DNA of 64,000 bases from NCBI RefSeq assembly GCF_902713615.1, contig NC_052150.1:11866000-11929999 (forward strand), in the 5' to 3' direction. Each line of letters opens with the position of its first letter. The stretch's first letter is position 1. The translations under genes were made by a program, and so were the position numbers. The notes under the pieces are model-generated. The model searched no databases. It was not told the DNA's origin and worked only from the letters and a program-made list of their open reading frames with translations. Positions 12,601 to 23,533 of the stretch are shown in pieces. This DNA is from Scyliorhinus canicula. Taxonomy: Eukaryota.

Positions 12601-15600
12601 TCCAGGTTCACACACTCATGGCCACTGGGTCCTGGTGCACACACTCACTGCCACTGGGTCCAGGTTCACACACTCACTGCCACTGGGTCCTGGTTCACAC
12701 ACTCACTGCCACTGGGTCCTGGTGCACACACTCACTGCCACTGGGTCCTGGTTCACACACTCACTGCCACTGGGTCCTGGTTCACACACTCACTGCCACT
12801 GGGTCCAGGTTCACACACTCACTGCCACTGGGTCCAGGTTCACACACACACCGCCACTGGGTCCTGGTGCACACACTCCCCGCCACTGGGTCCAGGTTCA
12901 CACACTCACTGCCACTGGGTCCAGGTTCACACACACACCGCCACTGGGTCCAGGTTCACACACTCACTGCCACTGGGTCCTAGTGCACACACTCACTGCC
13001 CCTGGGTCCTGGTGCACACACTCACTGCCACTGGGTCCTGGTGCACACACTCACCGCCACTGGGTCCAGGTGCACACACTCACCGCCACTGGGTCCAGGC
13101 TCTCACACTCACCGCCACTGGGTCCACACACTCACCGCCACTGGGTCCTGGTGCACACACTCACCGCCACTGGGTCCACACACTCACCGCCACTGGGTCC
13201 AGGTTCACACTCTCACTGCCCCTGGGTCCAGGTTCACACACTCACCGCCACTGGGTCCTGGTGCACACACTCACTGCCACTGGGTCCAGGTTCACACACT
13301 CACTGCCACTGGGTCCTGGTTCACACGCTCACTGCCACTGGGTCCTGGTGCACACACTCCCCGCCACTGGGTCCAGGTTCACACACTCACTGCCACTGGG
13401 TCCAGGTTCACACACACACCGCCACTGGGTCCAGGTTCACACACTCACTGCCACTGGGTCCTGGTTCACACACTCACTGCCACTGGGTCCAGGTTCACAC
13501 ACTCACTGCCACTGGGTCCTGGTTCACACACTCACTGCCACTGGGTCCTGGTGCACACACTCACTGCCACTGGGTCCAGGTTCACACACTCACTGCCACT
13601 GGGTCCTGGTGCACACACTCACTGCCACTGGGTCCAGGTTCACACACTCACTGCCACTGGGTCCTGGTGCACACTCACTGCCACTGGGTCCTGGTTCACA
13701 CACTCACTGCCACTGGGTCCTGGTGCACACACTCACTGCCACTGGGTCCAGGTTCACACACTCACTGCCACTGGGTCCTGGTGCACACTCACTGCCACTG
13801 GGTCCTGGTTCACACACTCACTGCCACTGGGTCCTGGTTCACACACTCACTGCCACTGGGTCCAGGTTCACACACTCACTGCCACTGGGTCCAGGTTCAC
13901 ACACACACCGCCACTGGGTCCAGGTTCACACACTCACCGCCACTGGGTCCAGGTTCACACACTCACTGCCACTGGGTCCAGGTTCACACACTCACTGCCA
14001 CTGGGTCCTGGTGCACACACTCACTGCCACTGGGTCCAGGTTCACACACTCACCGCCACTGGGTCCAGGTTCACACACTCACTGCCACTGGGTCCTGGTG
14101 CACACACTCACTGCCACTGGGTCCTGGTTCACACACTCACTGCCACTGGGTCCTGGTGCACACACTCACCGCCACTGGGTCCAGGTTCACACGCTCACTG
14201 CCACTGGGTCCTGGTTCACACACTCACTGTCACTGGGTCCAGGTTCACACACTCACCGCCACTGGGTCCAGGTTCACACACTCTCTGCCACTGGCTCCAG
14301 GTTCACACACTCACTGCCACTGGATCCAGGTTCACACACTCACCGCCACTGGATCCAGGTGCACACACTCACCGCCACTGGGTCCAGGTTCACACACTCA
14401 CCGCCACTGGGTCCAGGTTCACACACTCACCGTCACTGGGTCCAGGTGCACACACTCACCACCCCTGGGTCCTGGTGCACACACTCACTGCCACTGGGTC
14501 CAGGTTCACACACTCACTGCCACTGGGTCCTGGTGCACACGCTCACTGCCACTGGGTCCTGGTGCACACGCTCACTGCCACTGGGTCCAGGTTCACACAC
14601 TCACTGCCACTGGGTCCTGGTTCACACACTCACCGCCACTGGGTCCAGGTTCACACACTCACCACCCCTGGGTCCTGGTGCACACGCTCACTGCCACTGG
14701 GTCCTGGTGCACACGCTCACTGCCACTGGGTCCTGGTTCACACTCACCGCCACTGGGTCCAGGTTCACACACTCACTGCCACTGGGTCCAGGTTCACACA
14801 CTCACCACCCCTGGGTCCAGGTTCACACACTCACCACCCCTGGGTCCAGGTTCACACACTCACCACCACTGGGTCCAGGTTCACACTCACTGCCACTGGG
14901 TCCTGGTGCACACACTCACTGCCACTGGGTCCTGGTGCACACACTCATCGCCACTGGGTCCAGGTTCACACACTCACTGCCACTGGGTCCAGGTTCACAC
15001 ACTCACTGCCACTGGGTCCAGGTTCACACTCACTGCCACTGGGTCCAGGTTCACACTCACTGCCACTGGGTCCTGGTGCACACACTCACTGCCACTGGGT
15101 CCTGGTGCACACGCTCACCACCACTGGGTCCAGGTTCACACACTCACTGCCACTGGGTCCTGGTGCACACACTCACTGCCACTGGGTCCAGGTTCACACA
15201 CTCACTGCCACTGGGTCCTGGTGCACACGCTCACTGCCACTGGGTCCTGGTGCACACACTCACTGCCACTGGGTCCTGGTGCACACACTCACCACCACTG
15301 GGTCCTGGTGCACACACTCACTGCCACTGGGTCCAGGTTCACACACTCACTGCCACTGGGTCCTGGTGCACACGCTCACCACCACTGGGTCCTGGTGCAC
15401 ACACTCACTGCCACTGGGTCCTGGTGCACACACTCATCGCCACTGGGTCCAGGTTCACACACTCACTGCCACTGGGTCCTGGTGCACACGCTCACCACCA
15501 CTGGGTCCAGGTTCACACACTCACTGCCGCTGGGTCCTGGTTCACACACTCACTGCCACTGGGTCCAGGCTCTCACACTCACTGCCACTGGGTCCAGGCT

Positions 15601-17758
15601 CTCACACTCACTGCCACTGGGTCCAGGCTCTCACACTCACTGCCACTGGGTCCAGGCTCTCACACTCACTGCCACTGGGTCCAGGTTCACACACTCACTG
15701 CCCCTGGGTCCTGGTGCACACACTCACTGCCCCTGGGTCCAGGTTCACACACTCACTGCCCCTGGGTCCTGGTGCACACACTCACTGCCACTGGGTCCTG
15801 GTGCACACACTCACCGCCACTGGGTCCAGGTGCACACACTCACCGCCACTGGGTCCAGGCTCTCACACTCACTGCCACTGGGTCCAGGCTCTCACACTCA
15901 CCGCCACTGGGTCCACACACTCACCGCCACTGGGTCCTGGTGCACACACTCACCGCCACTGGGTCCACACACTCACCGCCACTGGGTCCAGGTTCACACT
16001 CTCACTGCCCCTGGGTCCAGGTTCACACACTCACCGCCACTGGGTCCTGGTTCACACACTCACTGCCACTGGGTCCAGGTTCACACACTCACTGCCACTG
16101 GGTCCTGGTTCACACACTCACTGCCACTGGGTCCTGGTTCACACGCTCACTGCCACTGGGTCCTGGTGCACACACTCATCGCCACTGGGTCCTGGTTCAC
16201 ACACTCACTGCCACTGGGTCCAGGTTCACACACTCACCACCCCTGGGTCCTGGTGCACACACTCACCACCCCTGGGTCCAGGTTCACACGCTCACTGCCA
16301 CTGGGTCCAGGTTCACACACTCACTGCCACTGGGTCCTGGTGCACACTCACTGCCACTGGGTCCTGGTTCACACACTCACTGCCACTGGGTCCAGGTTCA
16401 CACACTCACTGCCGCTGGGTCCTGGTGCACACACTCACCGCCACTGGGTCCAGGTGCACACACTCACCGCCACTGGGTCCAGGCTCTCACACTCACTGCC
16501 ACTGGGTCCTGGTGCACACACTCACTGCCCCTGGGTCCAGGCTCTCACACTCACCGCCACTGGGTCCACACACTCACCGCCACTGGGTCCTGGTGCACAC
16601 ACTCACCGCCACTGGGTCCACACACTCACCGCCACTGGGTCCTGGTGCACACACTCACTGCCACTGGGTCCTGGTTCACACACTCACTGCCACTGGGTCC
16701 AGGTTCACACACTCACTGCCACTGGGTCCAGGTTCACACACTCACCGCCACTGGGTCCTGGTTCACACACTCACTGCCACTGGGTCCTGGTGCACACACT
16801 CACTGCCACTGGGTCCAGGTTCACACACTCACTGCCACTGGGTCCAGGTTCACACACTCACTGCCACTGGGTCCTGGTTCACACACTCACTGCCACTGGG
16901 TCCAGGTTCACACACTCACTGCCACTGGGTCCAGGTTCACACACTCACTGCCACTGGGTCCTGGTGCACACTCACTGCCACTGGGTCCTGGTGCACACTC
17001 ACTGCCACTGGGTCCAGGTTCACACACTCACTGCCACTGGGTCCAGGTTCACACACTCACTGCCACTGGGTCCAGGTTCACACACTCACTGCCACTGGGT
17101 CCTGGTGCACACACTCACTGCCACTGGGTCCAGGTTCACACACTCACTGCCACTGGGTCCAGGTTCACACACTCACTGCCACTGGGTCCTGGTGCACACT
17201 CACTGCCACTGGGTCCTGGTTCACACACTCACTGCCACTGGGTCCTGGTGCACACACTCACTGCCACTGGGTCCAGGTGCACACACTCACTGCCACTGGG
17301 TCCAGGTTCACACACACACTGCCACTGGGTCCAGGTTCACACACACACCGCCACTGGGTCCAGGTTCACACACTCACTGCCACTGGGTCCTGGTGCACAC
17401 ACTCACTGCCACTGGGTCCAGGTTCACACACTCACTGCCACTGGGTCCAGGTTCACACACTCACTGCCACTGGGTCCAGGTTCACACACTCACTGCCACT
17501 GGGTCCAGGTTCACACTCTCACTGCCACTGGGTCCAGGCTCTCTCACTCACCGCCAGTGGGTCCAGGGTCACACACTCACTGCCACTGGGTCCAGGTTCA
17601 CACTCACTGCCACTGGGTCCAGGTTCACACACTCACTGCCACTGGGTCCAGGTTCACACTCACTGCCACTGGGTCCAGGCTCTCTCACTCACCGCCAGTG
17701 GGTCCAGGGTCACACACTCACTGCCACTGGGTCCAGGTGCACACACTCACTGCCCCTG
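6612..17758. repeat. 29-bp minisatellite array, about 11.1 kb (roughly 385 units), in EXOSC7 intron 4
   Basis: Consensus CACTGGGTCCAGGTTCACACACTCACTGC with variants CCTGGTGC, ACCGCC, ACCACC, GGCTCTC and shorter deletion units; degenerate units at both edges. Confidence 0.99.
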
Positions 17759-17834
17759 CGATCGGTTTCAGGCCAGTGCTAGTGCAGTTTTCGCCGTTTT
17801 ATCCAGAGATAAACATTTCACCTCAACCTTCACC

Positions 17835-18131
17835 TTTTTTTCATGGGATGTGAGTATCGCTGGGCTGGCCAGAATTTGTTCCTCGTCATCAATTGCACTT
17901 GAGAAGGTGGGGTTATGTACACTTCTGGAGATTGCAACAATTTTATTCCATGAAGCAGGCTAGTTCTGGGAGAATCTAATCATGAACCAATCCAGTCCAT
18001 GTGTTATAAATAAACCCATGGTATTGTTAGGGGTGGATTTCCAGGATTGTGACCCGACCACAGTTAAGGAACAGCGATATATTTCCAAGTTAGGATGGTG
18101 TGTGGATAGGAAGGGAGCGTACAGGTGGTTA
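17835..18131 (-). mobile_element. LINE (CR1/L2 group) 3' fragment, left half of the ERV target
   Basis: Same repeat occurs uninterrupted at about 34300-34550 and 61940-62170; sequence resumes after the 3' LTR. Confidence 0.7.
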
Positions 18132-18694
18132 TGAGGATGTGAAGCAAGGGTTAATAGCCAGAAAGTGCCAGGTGGAACATCACGAATTAAAAGAATATGT
18201 TATTGAAGCCATTGAAGGATGTTCAAGGTAAGGGAGTGTGACTATAAGCCAAACAGCCTTGAGAAACAAGGCGAATGGCCGGATGATGAGATATGAAATA
18301 TGGGGGCCGCTTGCAATTATAGCTAACATTTACTAATTAAGCTAAAACTGCTACATTATCATGTGCCAATAGATAACCTCAATATCTATCTCAATGTCTG
18401 TAAAATTATGTATTAAAAATATGACAATAACAAATTAATCATGTACTAAACATTTGGTAAAAACAAGCTGTAATCTGTACTGGAGGCAAGCTCAAGTGAA
18501 TGTAAGAGACAACCTCTTAAAAAAACATATAAAAGAAGGGTGCTTTGAGCAAGACTTTGGCACTCTCAGAGAGGTGTTTCTTTGGAACACCTAGAGAGCA
18601 GCCCCGATCGCAATAAAGAATATTTTGAAGTACGGACGTGTTCGAGATTGTTTCTTCCGGACTGAGAGACATGTGAATTAGACACGCATTCACA
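18132..18694 (+). repeat. ERV 5' LTR (563 bp)
   Basis: TGAGGATG...ATTCACA; TATAAAA at 18528-18534; AATAAA at 18612-18617; about 8 substitutions and no indels seen versus the 3' LTR. Confidence 0.97.
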
Positions 18695-18696
18695 TT

Positions 18697-18715
18697 TGGT
18701 GGCAGCGGTGGGATT
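18697..18715 (+). promoter_or_regulatory. Primer-binding site, tRNA-Leu
   Basis: TGGTGGCAGCGGTGGGATT, 2 nt after the LTR, complementary to the 3' end (…AATCCCACCGCTGCCACCA) of vertebrate tRNA-Leu(AAG/TAG). Confidence 0.9.
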
Positions 18716-19286
18716 TCAAAGAGTCTCCGCTGAGACTCACGGCGTAAGCGACTGGTCGAGTTCGGGAGCGAAGGAGGAATTGGGCCACCACTGTGAGTAA
18801 ATTTTTTTTTGCCACTTTGGTATTCCCCTCCGCTGTACCGTCCGCGACTCGGCCCCGCTGCCAGTGCTCAGGGACGCTCCTACGAAATCCAGGTCAGTCC
18901 GGCGAACCCGTTTAAGGGAGGGAGTGTGGCCCCTACAGTTATAGCCACGGGCACAGTCAAGGACTAGTGTCTTAAGGGAGGGTGTGTAGCCCCCACAGTT
19001 ATAGCTACAACAGAGGTTTCGGCATTATTATGATCCTTGCTTTTGTTTAAAAGTGCCCCCGCAATAAGAGGCTTTAGAAGGGTGCGTGATCAACCCCAAG
19101 TTAAAACTATAACAAGGACGTTATAACCTTGTAGTTAGATAGGCTTGCAGGCACGGATGAGCCTGCCTGAATTGGGCAACGGAGCAGGATAACTCCGTTT
19201 AAATTCAAGATTGAATAAAGTGGTCCAGGACCATTTCACCAAATTAACAATAATCGCAGGGATCATTAACTGCCAATAGTGTAGAG

Positions 19287-19440
19287 ATAGGTAATACGTT
19301 AGATACAACCTCCGATAGTGGAAGCGCGCTTCAAACCTTGTGTGAGCAATATCCGGAATATTCCAAGCAACTGAGACAATTGTCAGGAGAATTGCATAAA
19401 AATTTAGGAGAAGAAAAATGGCCACTGGTGGAAAACTAAT
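19287..19440 (+). pseudogene. gag: Putative decayed gag N-terminus (matrix-like)
   Basis: GAG-ATA-GGT-AAT reads (M>I)GNTLDTTSDSGSALQTLCEQYPEYSKQLRQLSGELHKNLGEEKWPL then breaks; MG-like start and WP motif resemble class I ERV matrix; position fits gag. Confidence 0.45.
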
Positions 19441-21599
19441 GCATTAAAATTGGGTATAAAATTGACAGAGAAAGAAATAGTTAAAACAGCCAAGGTCTTA
19501 AAAAAAGGAAGGCACATATGGGAAAAGAACCAAGTCATTAGGCTATCCGCCTTGAATCTGTATAGCAATCCATGTGAGTTTAAGCTTAAGTGAGATAAGG
19601 TGCTGTCAGGGACTGCAGAGTTCCCAAATCTTATCTCCCAGAATTCTGACATAGTAAACTGCTTTGTTACTGATATTCAGGCCTTTGTGTGAATATTTTC
19701 ACCCCTAACATTTAGTGTAAGTCTGGAAGGATTTGCTGAGCTGGACGCCGCTCGAGCCGGTGGACAAGGCGAGTAGTCAAACCTTTGACCGCCTAAAATT
19801 AGAATCACTTGGCAAGGCGGACAGACGGCGAGGTAACATCCAATAAATCTAGTATCAAGGCCAAATGAGTAAAAAAGTCAGTTTAAAACATTTTTTGGTT
19901 TTTGAAGAGCAAAATACTCTGGTAAAAAAAACAATGATCAAAGATGGGTGTGATTTCTGTGGAACAGAGAAAAATGGTGAGATACACAGAAGTAAAGATA
20001 AGACAAATAAAGTTAGAAGCACAAATGATAAATTCAACCTTCACACCATTTGGAAGACAGGCTGGTTAAAAGGAATTGAGCTCTAACTCCTTTAAACAAA
20101 GCAATCAAGTGGGTAAAGATAGTGTAAAGACCTCACAAAACTGCCAACAATTACGGCTAACAACTGTCCCGGAATGTCTCAAGGAGAGAAAAACAAAATC
20201 AAATTAAGTGAAGTCCAAAAGATCAGAAAGGGGCTAAAACACTCAATTAGTTTTGTTGAGGAATATCTGAGGATGACTAACCCCCCCCTCCCAAAACGAA
20301 AAAATGGGGAGGAAAATCAATACAAGGTTACGGTTAGAAACTTAAGAATGGATACATGGCGAGAATAACTTCAGATCGTTTCAAGCCGTCCAGATAAATT
20401 CAGCAGTAATTCAACTCATTTGAAATAAAAGAAAAATAAACATCCAGTAATGTCTCTTTCCAAAAACCGGTTAAATAACGAACATTGAAAATTGAAAGAA
20501 AGGATGGGTAATGTCTAAGGTCACATAGCAGACGGAGATGGCATCATGCCAAGTTCTCCACCACTTTCGATTCTGTACAAAAATTTAACCATTTCAGCAA
20601 GCAGGTCATCTGCACAAAGAAATATACATCTCTAAGAATAGCTAATGCCTCTATAATTAATCAGTGGAAATTGTCTTAAATGGAATGACACAGATAAAGT
20701 TTTCGAAGGAGAATGAAAAATTTTGTTCAGTATTTTAATTGAGCTCCATTTTAGAGAAAGAGTGAGAGGGTTAGAGAGAGAGAGAGAGAGAGCCAGTGAC
20801 AGAGAGAGAGACTGATAGAGACAGCGCAAGTTGAGAGCGCGAAAGGGAGTGAGTCAGGGAGAGACAGAGACGGGGAGCGGTAGAGAAGGAGCGACAAGAG
20901 TTCCAGAGACAGACAGAGTTACGTAGAGAGATAGACAGAGCGAGAGAGAGAGAGAGAGGGAGTTTTAGGCATCTATAGAGAGAGTTTTAGGCATCTAAAC
21001 TTTGTTCTGAACTATTCACTGTCTCTGTATTCAGACTTTGACTTCAGATCTTTACTTTTAAAAGTTTTGTTACGAGCTGTGATTACTTGAAAGCTTCAAA
21101 TTGTCTAGGCATTGCCTTTAAAGATTATAGTTTGAGTACAGTTAACAATTTTTTCTTTTCAAAGGCTATCATATTGACATTTCCAGGGTAATTTTGATAC
21201 ACAGGGAATTTTAATCAGGGTGCGAGATTACGTGTGTAGGAATAGGAAAGTATTGGTTTTGTGGTGTTCAGCGGAGGTAGGGATGGTTGAAGTGCATGTG
21301 ACAGGTGTGATCAAGCCGTGTTTCATTGGTTCAGGGTTGGAACTTCCCTGACACAGATAATCTTCAGTAGGGTGAAACGGAACTGTCTCACAATGCAGAT
21401 GTTTTAATTATGAGATTGCAGAATTACTTATAAACAACAGATGGGTAAATGAAATATGTCCATGAGTTTCAATAACATATTGTGTTCCTTGAAAAACTTG
21501 ATAACGGGAATTTGGCAGCACTCCAACTTTTACTCCCAGCCATTTGAGTGAAAAATTAAAAACAAGTTTAGAGATGCGAATGGCATCATTCCAATTTAT

Positions 21600-22005
21600 C
21601 CACCCACTATACGCCCCTTTTTGTCTCTGCAAGACAATTAACCCTTTCAACAAGCTTTTGTGTGTAATCCAGAAGATGTCTTGACACTCCCATGCGGGTT
21701 TGCCTGTGAGCTCTGGCCTTTTAAATTCTGATAAAGTAATGAACAGTCCACACAGCTGAAGATGCATTTTAATTGGAACTTACAAATCTTAAGTTTTGAA
21801 TTTTCACCCTCTTAACGACCCAGACCTAACCTTTCACAGATGGAAGTGCTTCCATCGGTGAAAGGGGGGAGCAGTTATCAGGATATGCTATAATCAACCA
21901 GGGTGGGGAGACAGTAGAATTAGCAGCATTTGAGACTCCGTTTTCAGCACAGCAAGCAGAATTGTTCGCACTAATACACGCATGCGGACTAGGAGCAGGC
22001 ACAAA
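21600..22005 (+). pseudogene. pol: Decayed pol connection region and frameshifted RNase H N-terminus
   Basis: CL*ALA at 21701-21718; PLNDPDLT then a frameshift at about 21834 into FTDGS...GYAII...SAQQAELFALIHAC; second frameshift at about 22000 into KVNIYTDSRY. Confidence 0.8.
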
Positions 22006-23478
22006 GTAAATATTTATACAGACTCCAGATATACTTTTGGAGTTGTACATGATTTTGAACAATTATGGAAGAACAGAGGATTCTTAACGTCTGCTGGCAC
22101 CCCAATTTCCCATCAGCAGCTAGTAACCCAGTTACTCCAAGCTCTTATGCTCCCAGAAAAGGTAGCAGTGATAAAGTGTACTGCCCATACAAAAGGAAGA
22201 ACTCCAGTAGATGAAGGAAATAGGCAGGCCGACCACCAAGCAAAAGAAGTCTCAAAGTCAAAAGCCATGGTAGTGCCTAAAATGATGAGCCAGACTAAAA
22301 GCTCAAAAGACAAGTCTCCCTCTAAAAAAAAACCTATGCCGACCATTACTGATGTAATCCAGCTACAGGAGGACGCTCCTGCTAGCGATATAAAGTTATG
22401 GGAAGAATTGGGATGTATATATGATAAAGAAAGTAAGCTGTGGGTCACCCCAGCAGGGCAGACATGTATGCCCGATGCTTTGGCAGCCTGGGTGGCCGCA
22501 TGTGTACACTTTGCAACTCACTGTGGTGCTCGCGCTACAGGTGATATATTGTTAAAAACCTGGTGGCATGCCAGACTGCAGGAGATAGCCCAACGAATTA
22601 GCAATCGCTGCTTGATATGTCAGCAGTATAACCCTGGGAAGGCTGTCCCCTGCGAGCAGGGGAAAACACCATTGCCCGAGGGTCCCTTTGAGACCCTGCA
22701 ACTGGACTACATTGAGTTGGAAAGATGCCAGTGTTATAAGCATGTATTAGTGATTGTTGACGTGTTTAGTAAATGGATAGAGGCCTATCCTACTGTAGAT
22801 AATAAGGCTTCAACTGTAGTAGAAGTTCTTATGCGTGAAATTGTACCAAGATTTGGACTTCCATATCGTTTAAGCTCTGATAATGGACCTCACTTTGTGG
22901 GACAGATCAATAAAGAATTCTGCACTCAACTAGGAATTAAACAGCAGTTACACTGCGCCTACAGACCCCAGGCAGCTGGGATAGTGGAAAGAGCTAACCA
23001 GACTTTGAAAACCAAACTTGCTAAGCTGCAAGCAGAGACTGGAGCCACCTGGCTCAAACTTTTACCTGTTGCACTTTTCCAGATCAGAACTACCCCTGCG
23101 GGAAAGACTCGATTGAGTCCCGCTGAAATCTTGTACGGAAGACCCCTTCGCACCCCCTGGGACTGTCATACATCCCAAGACATTCAGTTCCACCACATGA
23201 CTACAGAAAAGGCTAATTATATAATAGCCTTGACTGAAGTCTTAAAGAGTCTCCACTTGCGAGTACGTGCCACGCAAGAGGAAGTGCCACCCTTAGCTAG
23301 CTCCGATATTGTACAACCGGGAGACCATGTGATGATCCGCAATTGGATACGGAAGGGGTTGGAACCACGTTGGGAGAGACCATTTCAAGTTCTCCTAACT
23401 ACCCCCACAGCAGTCAAAATTGAAGGGCGTAATGCATGGATTCACATGCACCATTGTAAACTTATAAAATTTGCGTGA
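21982..23478 (+). CDS. pol: Retroviral pol 3' ORF: RNase H C-half plus complete integrase (498 aa)
   Basis: NIYTDSRY and GNRQAD (RNase H); HFATH...CLIC zinc finger; LQLD, SDNG and E exactly 35 residues later (DD35E); C-terminal PRWERPF motif; no internal stop. Confidence 0.9.
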   Translation: MRTRSRHKVNIYTDSRYTFGVVHDFEQLWKNRGFLTSAGTPISHQQLVTQLLQALMLPEKVAVIKCTAHTKGRTPVDEGNRQADHQAKEVSKSKAMVVPKMMSQTKSSKDKSPSKKKPMPTITDVIQLQEDAPASDIKLWEELGCIYDKESKLWVTPAGQTCMPDALAAWVAACVHFATHCGARATGDILLKTWWHARLQEIAQRISNRCLICQQYNPGKAVPCEQGKTPLPEGPFETLQLDYIELERCQCYKHVLVIVDVFSKWIEAYPTVDNKASTVVEVLMREIVPRFGLPYRLSSDNGPHFVGQINKEFCTQLGIKQQLHCAYRPQAAGIVERANQTLKTKLAKLQAETGATWLKLLPVALFQIRTTPAGKTRLSPAEILYGRPLRTPWDCHTSQDIQFHHMTTEKANYIIALTEVLKSLHLRVRATQEEVPPLASSDIVQPGDHVMIRNWIRKGLEPRWERPFQVLLTTPTAVKIEGRNAWIHMHHCKLIKFA

Positions 23479-23533
23479 TCACTAACTCTCATTTAAAGTT
23501 CTAGGTACATGTGGCTGATCGTTCGACTACAGG

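Noticed and set aside
6612-17758. CRISPR-like regular repeat
   Set aside because: Head-to-tail units with no unique spacers, no cas genes, vertebrate context
6628-17963. Very long plus-strand ORFs (up to 2327 aa) rich in His/Thr/Pro/Gly
   Set aside because: They arise because the 29-bp unit lacks plus-strand stops and cycles through all three frames; starts are mostly GTG, indel units shift frame freely, and they lie antisense in an intron
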